A stretch of DNA of 64,000 bases from Escherichia phage vB_EcoM_SYGD1. Of this stretch, positions 54,454 to 64,000 are shown piece by piece. Each line of letters starts with the position of its first letter. The first letter of the stretch is position 1. The position numbers were made by a program, and so were the translations under genes. The stretch lies in the sequence record MW883059; one strand, given 5' to 3'. The notes below the pieces were generated by a model that did not search any database, was not told the origin of the DNA, and saw only the letters and a program-made list of their open reading frames with translations.

Positions 54454-55547
54454 TAAAAAGTCCCCGCATATAAAGAAGCACGGTTTAACGTGATAATTTC
54501 TCTCATAGTAATCTCGAGAGTAAATGTACTAGGGAGGTTTGGAGCAATAGCTAATCCGTTAAAGTTACCATTAGGTGTTTTATCAAATCTAATGCTCTGT
54601 ATTTGGCATGGACCAAATATTTCCGTTTTTCCATCAAACTTAGATGTTGCGCCAAAGTTTTTCACCATCCAAATTGTCGGGTTTGAAACTACTAGAACGT
54701 TAGTTAAGCTCGATGTCATTTTCTCAAATAGTGTTTTATTTTTAGCTGCGTCTTCCGGAGATAAAGGTTCAATTAACGTAGAACGATACCAATCATCTAA
54801 ATACCCCTTTATTTCAGCAGCATATTGAGATTTACCCGTTTCACCATAAGAAAAATAGTTAAAATATTGATAGATATTAATAATAGCCATTAAATCTTCT
54901 GTGGAACGTGGAGTCAAATCCCATGTAAACACTTTAGTTCTATTCTCAGCGCCACCATACATACTTCTGGCTGTCGTATAAATCTGTTCATTATTATCAG
55001 CCATTATACCTTGTGTTATACTTTCCAGTGCCCCAAATACTGCGGTTGAAGCAATATTACTTAGCACACCAGTAGCAGTACCTCCGCCTCTGCTGATAAG
55101 ACTTTCTTGAACATCATTAAATCTATGTGATGATGTATCAACATCAGATTTAGATCTTGGTAAAAGAATATTTGCAACAGGGGCTTTACTTATTGTTCCT
55201 GAATTATTATCTGATATTAATCCATTTGACAGTTTTGATACTGTATTACTGATAGTGTTTCTGGCTGTACGTAAAATACTCGAAGATGAAGAAGAGTAGT
55301 TAGATCTCATCGATCTAAGACTTCCAGAATCCCTAGATGACATATTGTATGCAGTAAATAATAATCCATTCTTATATAGATCTGTTACCTGGAAGTCCCC
55401 TGTAGTGTCATTACCACTAGCACGCCCAGTTGGAAACTGGGCAGTGTATGTTTTAGTTACTACTTCTGATTTAGTACTCTGTCCGGCTGAAATTTTCTCA
55501 CCGGACTTTTTAATTAAATCAGCAGTTATTTCTTTAACAATTGCCAT
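54453..55547 (-). CDS. 48: baseplate tail tube cap gp48 (364 aa)
   Basis: Exact T4 length; synteny. Confidence 0.88.
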   Translation of the reverse strand: MAIVKEITADLIKKSGEKISAGQSTKSEVVTKTYTAQFPTGRASGNDTTGDFQVTDLYKNGLLFTAYNMSSRDSGSLRSMRSNYSSSSSSILRTARNTISNTVSKLSNGLISDNNSGTISKAPVANILLPRSKSDVDTSSHRFNDVQESLISRGGGTATGVLSNIASTAVFGALESITQGIMADNNEQIYTTARSMYGGAENRTKVFTWDLTPRSTEDLMAIINIYQYFNYFSYGETGKSQYAAEIKGYLDDWYRSTLIEPLSPEDAAKNKTLFEKMTSSLTNVLVVSNPTIWMVKNFGATSKFDGKTEIFGPCQIQSIRFDKTPNGNFNGLAIAPNLPSTFTLEITMREIITLNRASLYAGTF

Positions 55548-55555
55548 ATTATTCC

Positions 55556-57328
55556 TTAATTAACTCCAGTCGCATCAAATACACCAGGAGCAGTCGTGCT
55601 CGTTACGGGTGTCATATTATGAACGACAGTATTTTTCTTAACAACATTATTAGTATTATTGATCGAAGGAGATGCTTGTTGAACAGGAGCTTGCTGTGCT
55701 TTGTTCTTTTCTATTACCTGGACTTGTTTTGCTTCTGGCGATTTAGCAGAAGTTTGAGGTTTGGCATTAGGCTGATTTTTCTTGAGCTCTTGATAAGTAG
55801 CATCAATTTTAGAAAATCTAGCAGCAAGTTCTTTTTTAACTGCCGGTGAATTATTTAAATCCGGGTCATCCATCCGTTTTTTAAGGTCTTCATAGGCAGC
55901 TTCAACTGATTTAACTGTTGAGTCTTTACTCATATCAGCTGAATTAGCATATTCATCAAAACGATTCATAGCAGCACGAGCTTCATTAGCTTTCATTAAA
56001 GCAATTTTAGCTTCCTCCGGAGAAAGTTGCTTTAATTTTTCTTCTTCCTCTGCTCTCTCTTCACCAGTCGTTAGTGCTTCTTTATTATCAACACCACGAA
56101 TCCAGTTAGATGCACGAGTTTTCCAGTTCGCAATTTTGTCGAGTCCTTTTGCTATCGGACCAAGTTCTCCATTCATTCTTTTATATTGATAATTTGCAAC
56201 TTTTTCTTGGTCTTCTTTGTTAAGAGAAGCATTTGTAGTATTTTGAAAATTTTCTAGTGCTCTTCCTTCGACTTCATCAGCGGTATCCTTCATGCCAGGA
56301 ATGACTCGAAGAATTGCAGCAGATAATTTAGCCATTCCAAGTTGAATAAGTTCTCCTAAATTAAAAAGAACCTTTCCAAGCCCTTCTACAATAGCTGCTG
56401 TCAATCCGCCCCAATCTCCAGCTTCCCACAGCTTCTTAATTTTATCAATAGAACCAAAGATGCTTTGTAATAAAGGACCCCATGTTCCGGTTTCGCTAGA
56501 GAATTTAGTAAAGTCTGTACTAAACAAATCCCAAGCCTGCGAAAATTTATCTGACCAATATTTAAAGTGAACCATCAGCAGATCTATTCCAACAACAACA
56601 GCCAATATCATTGCAGTCATTTTAGCAGCTTCAATAGCAGCACTGACGGTATACTTAAATAACATGCTTGATATTTTATCAGTAATTGAAATGGATTTCT
56701 TAAATCCAAAATCAACAGTCTTTGTTAATTTATCTAAAGCTTGAGATAATTTTAAGTTAAATGCGTCTTTTTTCTGTTTTTCTTCTGGCGATTCTTGTTT
56801 GGGCTCAACTGGCTGAGGGGTAGGGAAAAAATCAGCATCAGGATCATTATTAACTGCTTCAGGAGCTGGTAATAAAGGACCCACAGATTCAGCTGTATCG
56901 TCCTCAACAACTTTAACAGGAATAGCGCTTTCAACTGTGGCTAAACTAGTTCCTGTTTGTTGAATTCCGGCTGTCTGAATTTTTTGCTCTAGTAAACTTG
57001 TTAATTTATCTAATTTGCTCCCGAGTGATTCACCGATTTCTTTATTAATATTATTGCCAATTTCAACAGTTTCAGCAATTAACTCAGAACCAGCGGTAGT
57101 ATCACTCACTGCGCTTTCTACGTTGTCAATTGCTCCAATTATTTCATTCGATTTTTCTTCGACAGTTTGAGCAATTAATTCAGAAGCAGCTTGAGCATCA
57201 TCCAATTTCGTAGATATATCGTTAAGTCCAGATAAAGTATTAGAAGCGGATTTAGCCGCTTCCTGTGTCGGTTTATTATCTGAAATAACTTTTCTACGCA
57301 TCGTTTGCATTTCTTGTGGCTTTTTCAT
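55556..57328 (-). CDS. 29: baseplate hub / tail length determinator gp29 (590 aa)
   Basis: Exact T4 length; extended helical and Ala/Lys-rich regions. Confidence 0.88.
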   Translation of the reverse strand: MKKPQEMQTMRRKVISDNKPTQEAAKSASNTLSGLNDISTKLDDAQAASELIAQTVEEKSNEIIGAIDNVESAVSDTTAGSELIAETVEIGNNINKEIGESLGSKLDKLTSLLEQKIQTAGIQQTGTSLATVESAIPVKVVEDDTAESVGPLLPAPEAVNNDPDADFFPTPQPVEPKQESPEEKQKKDAFNLKLSQALDKLTKTVDFGFKKSISITDKISSMLFKYTVSAAIEAAKMTAMILAVVVGIDLLMVHFKYWSDKFSQAWDLFSTDFTKFSSETGTWGPLLQSIFGSIDKIKKLWEAGDWGGLTAAIVEGLGKVLFNLGELIQLGMAKLSAAILRVIPGMKDTADEVEGRALENFQNTTNASLNKEDQEKVANYQYKRMNGELGPIAKGLDKIANWKTRASNWIRGVDNKEALTTGEERAEEEEKLKQLSPEEAKIALMKANEARAAMNRFDEYANSADMSKDSTVKSVEAAYEDLKKRMDDPDLNNSPAVKKELAARFSKIDATYQELKKNQPNAKPQTSAKSPEAKQVQVIEKNKAQQAPVQQASPSINNTNNVVKKNTVVHNMTPVTSTTAPGVFDATGVN

Positions 57329-57858
57329 TCAAATAATCCAATAATATTGCCAATTCCGGTTATTGGACCATTAGGGCCAGGAATTGCTAAAGTTGTAAAA
57401 ATATCATTTGCCCATTTTAAAACGAATGCTGGCATCTCAAGAAAATTAATTTCTTTAACTTCATCATTGACCTTAAGCAAGCATTTGGATAACATATCGC
57501 TCACAGTTAAAAATTGTTCAAATTTTCCAGGCGGTCTAAAATAAAATGTATTTCCTTGGTATTGAAATTCCAATCTTTGGCATACATAAACATCATTAAT
57601 GTCATAAGTATAACCATCTATTTCTTTACGAGATTTAATCTTTCCATTAAATTCCAATAAATGAATAGAAACGAAATCAACTTCTGCCGGTGATAAATTT
57701 GGACAAATAGAATCGATCAAAAGTTTTAAATTTTCATCAGGACCTTTAACATCTTTTAAAATGTTATAATGTTTAAGACCCATTTTAGGAATAGAAACTT
57801 CTTTATTGCTTATTGGAAGAACTACTTTCTTCAGTGGTAGTATCAGATTTAAATTCAT
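57325..57858 (-). CDS. 28: baseplate hub distal subunit gp28 (177 aa)
   Basis: Exact T4 length; synteny. Confidence 0.82.
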   Translation of the reverse strand: MNLNLILPLKKVVLPISNKEVSIPKMGLKHYNILKDVKGPDENLKLLIDSICPNLSPAEVDFVSIHLLEFNGKIKSRKEIDGYTYDINDVYVCQRLEFQYQGNTFYFRPPGKFEQFLTVSDMLSKCLLKVNDEVKEINFLEMPAFVLKWANDIFTTLAIPGPNGPITGIGNIIGLFE

Positions 57859-58978
57859 TTTTAACCTTAACTGGGTCTATTGTTTCCAGTTTCGTTGCAT
57901 TAGTGAACATATATAGATGAGTTATTGAATTATTATTGGATAATTCATGGATGACTTCATCAACGTAAAATTCTGTTTTAAATTGGTTTTTACTATCATT
58001 AAAAATAATTTTAACGCCAGGTGTCAAGTTAAAATTACCGACAGTAGAACATTTAGCATAGCCATCGTATTGCGCCATAGTTTGAAGACGAATAGCTTCT
58101 TCATATCCATTCCTATAAGTCATTTCAGAATAAGCACCTGACCTTGACACTACAATAGAGTTTTCGCCCTTTCCTGTAGTAATCATTGGCAATGAAGAAT
58201 CCAAAAACGAATGCGCATAGATAGTAGCGTTTTTCATTGGGTCACGTTTGTGAGGATTCGATTTAGTCAACCAAACGAAATCATATGCTAATGGATATTT
58301 TAATTCTTGGATGAATTGACCTATTAAAGATGGCTCACCGACAATCATTGGATATGGTTCTTGATTTATCATCATATCATAGTCCATCATGTTAACTCCC
58401 ATGATGTCTTGCCATACAAATACAAATTTGTCACTTCCTACAGCTAGAGCAACTTCTCTGACATATGACAAATAGTTTTCAAATGTACTAGTCCATGGAA
58501 TATCAGGAACATAAGCATTTATTGCATTTATTGCTGGAGTTAATAGCGTGCGGTCTTGATAAATGACACCAAGCATTTCCTTTATAGATTCACCTGCATC
58601 AGGAAAAAACGGTCTGCCAAATTTAAGATTTTCTATAGAATGAATAGTTCCCAATTCAATAGCAATGATGTTATCACCCTTTGAATCTACTGACACAGAA
58701 AAATGCTTACATCCATAAATTCTTGTTTTAACATTATTAATATCGTTTGCATTAGCTACAGAAATCTGAATTATTTCATTTCCATCCATTTTTGTATGGA
58801 TGTTTTTAGAATCATAAAACTGCAGCATTCCTTCATTTCGGCCATAAAGAGAATCCCGCATAGTTAATGTGGTAATAGTAGCAGCTAATTCAACAAATCT
58901 ATTATTACTCCAAGCGTCGTAGCTATCAAACAATTTAACGCTGAGATTTGGATATCCTGGGCGTTGCAACATACTCAT
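57803..58978 (-). CDS. 27: baseplate hub subunit gp27 (391 aa)
   Basis: Exact T4 length; synteny. Confidence 0.88.
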   Translation of the reverse strand: MSMLQRPGYPNLSVKLFDSYDAWSNNRFVELAATITTLTMRDSLYGRNEGMLQFYDSKNIHTKMDGNEIIQISVANANDINNVKTRIYGCKHFSVSVDSKGDNIIAIELGTIHSIENLKFGRPFFPDAGESIKEMLGVIYQDRTLLTPAINAINAYVPDIPWTSTFENYLSYVREVALAVGSDKFVFVWQDIMGVNMMDYDMMINQEPYPMIVGEPSLIGQFIQELKYPLAYDFVWLTKSNPHKRDPMKNATIYAHSFLDSSLPMITTGKGENSIVVSRSGAYSEMTYRNGYEEAIRLQTMAQYDGYAKCSTVGNFNLTPGVKIIFNDSKNQFKTEFYVDEVIHELSNNNSITHLYMFTNATKLETIDPVKVKNEFKSDTTTEESSSSNKQ

Positions 58979-59727
58979 TATTGTTTATCCTTCTCAATCA
59001 GTTTTAATACGAATCCGCGCTCGGCAGGAATCATTTTCATTATTGAATTTAAGCTATAATTACTTTTTACGAGTGTGTGATTAATTTGATAAAAAGTAAA
59101 TATTTCATCTGGGTTAACTAATAGCTTAAACACATCTACTATATCAGTGTATTTTTTTACATACTTATCACAGCAGGACATATGTAGCGTTAAATTAATA
59201 GGATTCATTGCATCGAGAATTTTTTCTAATGTTTCTATCTCGATGGCATCAACAAGTTCTATTTGGCTTGATTCACTAATTTCCTTCCAATCATACCATG
59301 TTTCATCTACTTGAACAGAATGAATATTTTCAGTAATCATCTTTGCTTTATTTTCATAAAACTCAGAAGGAAACTTTAATTTAATTTTAACATTAGCTAC
59401 ATCAAAAACAGGTTCCTTTAGTTCTTTTTGATATATTTCAAATGGAACTGTCTTTTCTTTTTTACATTTTGGACATACAAATGTGACCGGTACTTTAGTT
59501 TTACCTATTGACCCTACAAATACCTGTAAAAATATAAATGGTTGCCAAGTCTTCGGATAGTCTCCAAAATAATCGGCAATTAAATCAGCAATTATTTCTT
59601 TTTGTTCTTGTGGTGACCGATGTTCTATATCGTTTCGAACTAACAAAAAATCTCGATAATCTTCTACCGTAAATGGTTTAAAACGATGAACACCATCTGG
59701 TAATTTACAACGAATAATGTTTGCCAT
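58978..59727 (-). CDS. 51: baseplate hub assembly protein gp51 (249 aa)
   Basis: Exact T4 length; synteny. Confidence 0.85.
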   Translation of the reverse strand: MANIIRCKLPDGVHRFKPFTVEDYRDFLLVRNDIEHRSPQEQKEIIADLIADYFGDYPKTWQPFIFLQVFVGSIGKTKVPVTFVCPKCKKEKTVPFEIYQKELKEPVFDVANVKIKLKFPSEFYENKAKMITENIHSVQVDETWYDWKEISESSQIELVDAIEIETLEKILDAMNPINLTLHMSCCDKYVKKYTDIVDVFKLLVNPDEIFTFYQINHTLVKSNYSLNSIMKMIPAERGFVLKLIEKDKQ

Positions 59728-59744
59728 AGATGCTCCTTTTATTC

Positions 59745-59752
59745 TATTTATA
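59745..59752 (-). promoter_or_regulatory. T4 late promoter TATAAATA for gene 51
   Basis: TATTTATA on plus strand 18 nt from gene 51 start. Confidence 0.6.
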
Positions 59753-59756
59753 AATA
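59749..59756 (+). promoter_or_regulatory. T4 late promoter TATAAATA for genes 26/25
   Basis: TATAAATA on plus strand upstream of gene 26; overlaps the opposite-strand late promoter. Confidence 0.6.
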
Positions 59757-59777
59757 TGATAAATAAAGGAGCTAAAT

Positions 59778-60404
59778 ATGTATGAATACAAATTTGACGT
59801 GAGAGTTGGTTCTAAAATAATCAACTGTCGTGCATTTACTCTTAAAGAATATCTAGAACTTATTACTGCTAAAAAGAACGGTTCAGTCGAAGAAATTGTT
59901 AAAAAGCTAATTAAAGACTGTACAAACGCAAAAGATTTAAACCGCCAAGAATCAGAACTATTGTTGATTCATTTATGGGCGCATTCTCTTGGAGAAGTTA
60001 ATCATGAAAACTCCTGGAAGTGCACCTGTGGAACTGAAATACCAACCCATATAAATCTATTACATACACAAATAGATGCACCAGAAGACCTCTGGTATAC
60101 ACTGGGTGACATTAAAATTAAGTTCCATTACCCTAAAATTTTTGATGATAAAAATATAGCCCACATGATAGTATCGTGTATAGAAACGATTCATGCTAAC
60201 GGGGAAAGCATTCCAATTGAAGACTTAAATGAAAAAGAGTTGGAAGATTTATATTCTATCATCACAGAGTCAGATATTGTAGCTATAAAAGATATGCTTT
60301 TAAAGCCTACTGTTTATTTGGCTGTTCCAATTAAGTGTCCAGAGTGTGGAAAAACTCACGCTCATGTAATAAGAGGACTCAAAGAATTCTTTGAGCTATT
60401 GTAA
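59778..60404 (+). CDS. 26: baseplate hub subunit gp26 (208 aa)
   Basis: Exact T4 length; synteny. Confidence 0.85.
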   Translation: MYEYKFDVRVGSKIINCRAFTLKEYLELITAKKNGSVEEIVKKLIKDCTNAKDLNRQESELLLIHLWAHSLGEVNHENSWKCTCGTEIPTHINLLHTQIDAPEDLWYTLGDIKIKFHYPKIFDDKNIAHMIVSCIETIHANGESIPIEDLNEKELEDLYSIITESDIVAIKDMLLKPTVYLAVPIKCPECGKTHAHVIRGLKEFFELL

Positions 60405-60802
60405 TGGCAAATATTAATAAGCTTTATTCTGACATTGACCCAGAAATGAAAATGGATTGGGACAAAGATGTTTCTAGATCTCTTGGATTAAGGTCAATTA
60501 AAAATAGCCTTTTGGGAATTATCACAACCAGAAAAGGGTCGAGACCGTTTGACCCAGAATTTGGATGCGATTTATCTGATCAACTTTTTGAGAATATGAC
60601 TCCTCTTACTGCTGATACAGTTGAGCGTAACATCGAAAGCGCAGTAAGAAACTACGAGCCGCGTATTGATAAATTAGCAGTTAATGTAATACCAGTTTAT
60701 GATGATTATACTCTGATAGTAGAAATACGCTTTTCGGTCATCGATAACCCTGATGATATTGAGCAGATAAAACTGCAACTGGCTTCCAGTAATAGAGTAT
60801 AA
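60404..60802 (+). CDS. 25: baseplate wedge subunit gp25 (132 aa)
   Basis: Exact T4 length; synteny. Confidence 0.88.
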   Translation: MANINKLYSDIDPEMKMDWDKDVSRSLGLRSIKNSLLGIITTRKGSRPFDPEFGCDLSDQLFENMTPLTADTVERNIESAVRNYEPRIDKLAVNVIPVYDDYTLIVEIRFSVIDNPDDIEQIKLQLASSNRV

Positions 60803-60828
60803 TGCTTCACGTATAAACGTGGTATAAT
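60801..60828 (+). promoter_or_regulatory. MotA-dependent middle promoter for uvsY
   Basis: MotA box ATGCTTCA 60802-60809, 13-nt spacer, TATAAT 60823-60828. Confidence 0.65.
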
Positions 60829-60868
60829 GGATCTAAGTCCATCCAATAACAATTGAATAGAGAACAAT

Positions 60869-61282
60869 ATGAAATTAGAAGATCTTCAAGAAGAATTGAA
60901 GAAAGATGTGTTTATAGATTCGACTAAATTACAGTATGAAGCAGCTAATAATGTGATGTTATATAGTAAATGGCTTAATAAGCATTCAAGTATTAAAAAG
61001 GAAATGCTTAGAATTGAAGCGCAGAAAAAAGTTGCTCTTAAAGCTAAATTAGACTACTACTCGGGACGAGGAGATGGTGATGAATTTAGTATGGATCGTT
61101 ATGAAAAATCAGAAATGAAGACAGTTCTATCAGCTGATAAGGACGTTTTAAAAGTTGATACTTCATTACAATATTGGGGAATTTTATTGGATTTCTGTAG
61201 CGGAGCTCTTGATGCTATTAAATCACGTGGATTTGCTATTAAGCATATTCAAGACATGCGAGCATTTGAGGCTGGAAAATAA
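60869..61282 (+). CDS. uvsY: recombination mediator UvsY (137 aa)
   Basis: Exact T4 length; position after gene 25. Confidence 0.9.
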   Translation: MKLEDLQEELKKDVFIDSTKLQYEAANNVMLYSKWLNKHSSIKKEMLRIEAQKKVALKAKLDYYSGRGDGDEFSMDRYEKSEMKTVLSADKDVLKVDTSLQYWGILLDFCSGALDAIKSRGFAIKHIQDMRAFEAGK

Positions 61283-61509
61283 TGAAATATAGCATTGATG
61301 ATGCTTTTAATTATGAAGAAGAATTCGAAACGGAAATTCAATTCTTAATGAAAAAGTATAATTTCAAGCGTCAGGATATTCGTATCCTGGCCGACCACCC
61401 ATGCGGTGAAGATGTACTTTATATTAAAGGAAAATTTGCCGGATATCTTGATGAATATTTTTATTCTAAAGATATGGGCATTGATATGCATATGAGAGAT
61501 ATGGGGTAA
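61282..61509 (+). CDS. hypothetical protein 75 aa (uvsY.-1-like)
   Basis: ATGA-coupled ORF. Confidence 0.5.
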   Translation: MKYSIDDAFNYEEEFETEIQFLMKKYNFKRQDIRILADHPCGEDVLYIKGKFAGYLDEYFYSKDMGIDMHMRDMG

Positions 61510-61632
61510 ATATGACAAATTATAAAGAAGTATTTAGACTTTTAGCAGAAATGGAAGCATGTTTAAAGCGTGTGCAAGAAATGCGCTTTAAGATGGGGTT
61601 ATAAATAGTATTATATTCAAAAGGAGACAATC

Positions 61633-61800
61633 ATGTCAGATAAGATTTGTGTTGTCTGTAAAACTCCAATCGATTCTGCATTGGTTGTTGAAACAGACAA
61701 AGGTCCTGTACATCCTGGGCCTTGCTATAATTACATTAAAGAACTACCGGTTTCAGAAAGTTCGGAAGAACAATTAAATGAAACACAACTTTTGCTATAG
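61633..61800 (+). CDS. small Cys-containing protein 55 aa (uvsY.-2-like)
   Basis: GGAGACAATCATG start context; CVVC pair; below track cut-off. Confidence 0.4.
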   Translation: MSDKICVVCKTPIDSALVVETDKGPVHPGPCYNYIKELPVSESSEEQLNETQLLL

Positions 61801-61823
61801 TGTGACCTTTAGTCTATAGTTTT

Positions 61824-61856
61824 GGCCCTTCCTTTTTGGTTGGGCCTTTTTTAATT
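61824..61856 (+). terminator. candidate terminator between convergent units
   Basis: GGCCC...GGGCC arms with long loop, followed by TTTTTT. Confidence 0.4.
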
Positions 61857-62098
61857 TAAAAGCTTTCTTCTACTTCATCGTCTGAATCTTCTAATTCAGC
61901 TCTTTTTCCTGCCAAAGCATCTCTCACGGAGATGTCATCAGTATCTTTTAATTCAGTTTCTTTAACTCTTTTCTTATAATAAGCTTCAAGTTCTTCTAGA
62001 CCTTCTAATGTTTGACAAGAGGCAATTTTACCCATAAATTCATCAATAGAAGCTTCATAAAGAAATTGTTTAAATTCTAGTAACATCTTTTTCTCCAA
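61856..62098 (-). CDS. hypothetical acidic protein 80 aa (uvsW.1-like)
   Basis: ORF downstream of uvsW on same strand. Confidence 0.5.
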   Translation of the reverse strand: MEKKMLLEFKQFLYEASIDEFMGKIASCQTLEGLEELEAYYKKRVKETELKDTDDISVRDALAGKRAELEDSDDEVEESF

Positions 62099-62111
62099 AG
62101 GGCCGAAGCCC

Positions 62112-62804
62112 TTATAAATTAACTGTTTTTCTAAGTATTCTTAGTTTGTACATTGATAATCCAGTAGCTTTAGAAGCATCTTTCATGCATTTATACTTAA
62201 CACCATTTACTTCTATAGGTTTAGCAGCTGGGTTATTAGCTCCTGAATTATCTGGCATGTTATCTTTAATTTTCTGAATAGATTTAGCGGAATGTTTCCT
62301 TCCATACATGCCATTATTTTTACCTGATTGATTGATAGAATGCAATCTTTTAGCTTCTTCAGTCCATTTTGTTGGGTTCATTCTTTTAGTTTTACTAATT
62401 TTACTTCCCCACGTAATTGGACGATTTTTCATGAGTTTTGACATATATTGTTTATGTTCTTCCGTATGGTGTTTTCCGTAAAATGGATTACCTTCACCTG
62501 ATTGAAGTTTTGCCATTTTACGACGTTCCCAGGCGTAAGATTTATTAACGTGTCTTTCATGAGTATTTGAATTCATTCCCATACATATAACGGCTTTAAT
62601 TATACCGTAATGGTTTGGATGAATTTTAGCTAAAAGTTTATGAGCTATAAAATGCTCTTCAGCTGTTAGTTCTACCAAATTACACTTATCATCTGTACCA
62701 CCCATACATCTAGGAATTATATGATGAGTTTCAGTGTATCCATTAAGGCGAGCCCGATTCTGGGCTCTATTAATTAAATTATCATATATTAATTTATAAT
62801 TCAA
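62112..62804 (-). CDS. free-standing HNH homing endonuclease, paralog of the MobE-like gene
   Basis: N-terminus MNYKLIYDNLINRAQNRARLNGYTETHHIIPRCMGGTDDKCNLVELTAEEHFIAH parallels MobE-like ORF; basic C-terminal repeats; start overlaps uvsW stop. Confidence 0.8.
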   Translation of the reverse strand: MNYKLIYDNLINRAQNRARLNGYTETHHIIPRCMGGTDDKCNLVELTAEEHFIAHKLLAKIHPNHYGIIKAVICMGMNSNTHERHVNKSYAWERRKMAKLQSGEGNPFYGKHHTEEHKQYMSKLMKNRPITWGSKISKTKRMNPTKWTEEAKRLHSINQSGKNNGMYGRKHSAKSIQKIKDNMPDNSGANNPAAKPIEVNGVKYKCMKDASKATGLSMYKLRILRKTVNL

Positions 62805-64000
62805 AGTTTAACCTCTTTCATCACATAATTAAACTTCTCATCAGCATAACGCTGAATACGATCAAGTCCATGTTTTAAAAGATAGTTTAAATGCGAGTAT
62901 TTTTTAGAAGATGTTTTTGATTTAGAAACTACGCCCGCGTCATCTATGAGGTCCCAGACTGTTGCGATTGTTTTAGAACCATGCTTACGTAATACGCGAC
63001 CTATTGTTTGCAATACAATAATTTTAGATTTAACGCCGTGCGCTAAAACAACGTGATGCAGATTTTTAACTGAAATACCAGTAGAAAATACACCATAACT
63101 AGCTACTATAATTATTCCTTTACCGTTTTCAGCTAAGGTTTTCATTATGTTTCGAGTTTCGGTATCAACTTCCCCTGATACGTAATAAACTTTATCGTAT
63201 TCATTTTTAATTAAATCGAAAATAGCTTTACCATGTGATACATGCTTAAACATGACAAAAGCGTTTTCATCTTTTTGCGCAAGTTTAATAGCTAATTTAG
63301 CGATCCATTTATTTCTTTTACTGAGCCCAGTAATAATTTTTATTTCTTCTTGGTAAGTTTTTCCCTTTAATTTAGTAGTGAACTCATCAGGATAACGAAG
63401 AAAAATACTATTAATTTTTAACTCAGTTACTTGTCCATCTTCCATTAATTTAGAAGTCGTTACTGGCTTAAATATTTCACCAAACATTCCAACATACTGC
63501 ATGATATTAGCTTTGCCATCACGTAATGAACCTGATAGACCAAATTTGAACATGCAGTTATTTAAACCTGATATAATAGATGAAATACTTTTTCCTGTAG
63601 CAAGATGGCATTCATCATTCATCATCATTCCAAATTGTGAAAACCATTCTTTTGGTTGTTTTACTACAGTTTGCCATGTACCAACAATTACCGGTGCATC
63701 ATTTTTATATTTATCATCTTTTGATGCTCCGCCACCAATTTTCTTTATCATTGCATGACTGAATAAACGATAATCAACAAAGTCATCAGCCATCTGAGTT
63801 GTCAGAGCAGTTGTTGGAACAATGATAAGAATTTTACCTTCATAATTTTCCAAATAATAACGTGCAAGCAAAGCTTGAATTAAAGATTTACCTGCGGATG
63901 TTGGAAGATTAAGAATTCTACGACGATTAACTAATCCTTCGAACACTGCATCTTTTTGATACCAATGCGGTTCAATTCTTTTATTTCCTGAATAGATTTC
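62801..64000 (-). CDS. uvsW: UvsW helicase, C-terminal part (N-terminus beyond window end)
   Basis: SF2 helicase C-terminal motifs (QTIGRVLR); ORF open to window edge. Confidence 0.8.
   Translation of the reverse strand, partial: EIYSGNKRIEPHWYQKDAVFEGLVNRRRILNLPTSAGKSLIQALLARYYLENYEGKILIIVPTTALTTQMADDFVDYRLFSHAMIKKIGGGASKDDKYKNDAPVIVGTWQTVVKQPKEWFSQFGMMMNDECHLATGKSISSIISGLNNCMFKFGLSGSLRDGKANIMQYVGMFGEIFKPVTTSKLMEDGQVTELKINSIFLRYPDEFTTKLKGKTYQEEIKIITGLSKRNKWIAKLAIKLAQKDENAFVMFKHVSHGKAIFDLIKNEYDKVYYVSGEVDTETRNIMKTLAENGKGIIIVASYGVFSTGISVKNLHHVVLAHGVKSKIIVLQTIGRVLRKHGSKTIATVWDLIDDAGVVSKSKTSSKKYSHLNYLLKHGLDRIQRYADEKFNYVMKEVKL

Overview
This window is a contiguous ~64 kb segment of a T4-like (T-even, Tevenvirinae) myovirus genome; no unambiguous undescribed system was found, and the best leads are small accessory insertions and a duplicated promoter cassette. 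Gene content, order and protein lengths match the T4 map read in reverse orientation. The plus strand carries the early/middle block: 39 (continuous 39+60 form), rIIA, rIIB, denB-like, ndd, stp, ac, 52, motA, asiA, then rnh, dsbA, 33, 59, segG-like, 32, frd, td (with group I intron), nrdA, mobE-like, nrdB, denA, rnlA, alc, pseT, cd, 31, rIII, 30 and alt. The minus strand carries late structural genes: holin t, tail fibre genes 38/37/36/35/34, baseplate genes 54/48/29/28/27/51, and a partial uvsW; 26, 25 and uvsY are on plus. Gene 38 is the glycine-rich T2-type adhesin. The td intron is short (320 nt) with no endonuclease ORF, and nrdB is uninterrupted. Items that look accessory relative to T4 as I recall it: a 115-aa ORF between frd and td, an HNH endonuclease paralog abutting uvsW, and a truncated Alt N-terminal duplicate ending in a duplicated 54-bp promoter cassette. 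No CRISPR, tRNA or rRNA was recognised. Assignments rest on recalled T4 sequences, lengths and synteny plus motifs read by eye; no database search was run.
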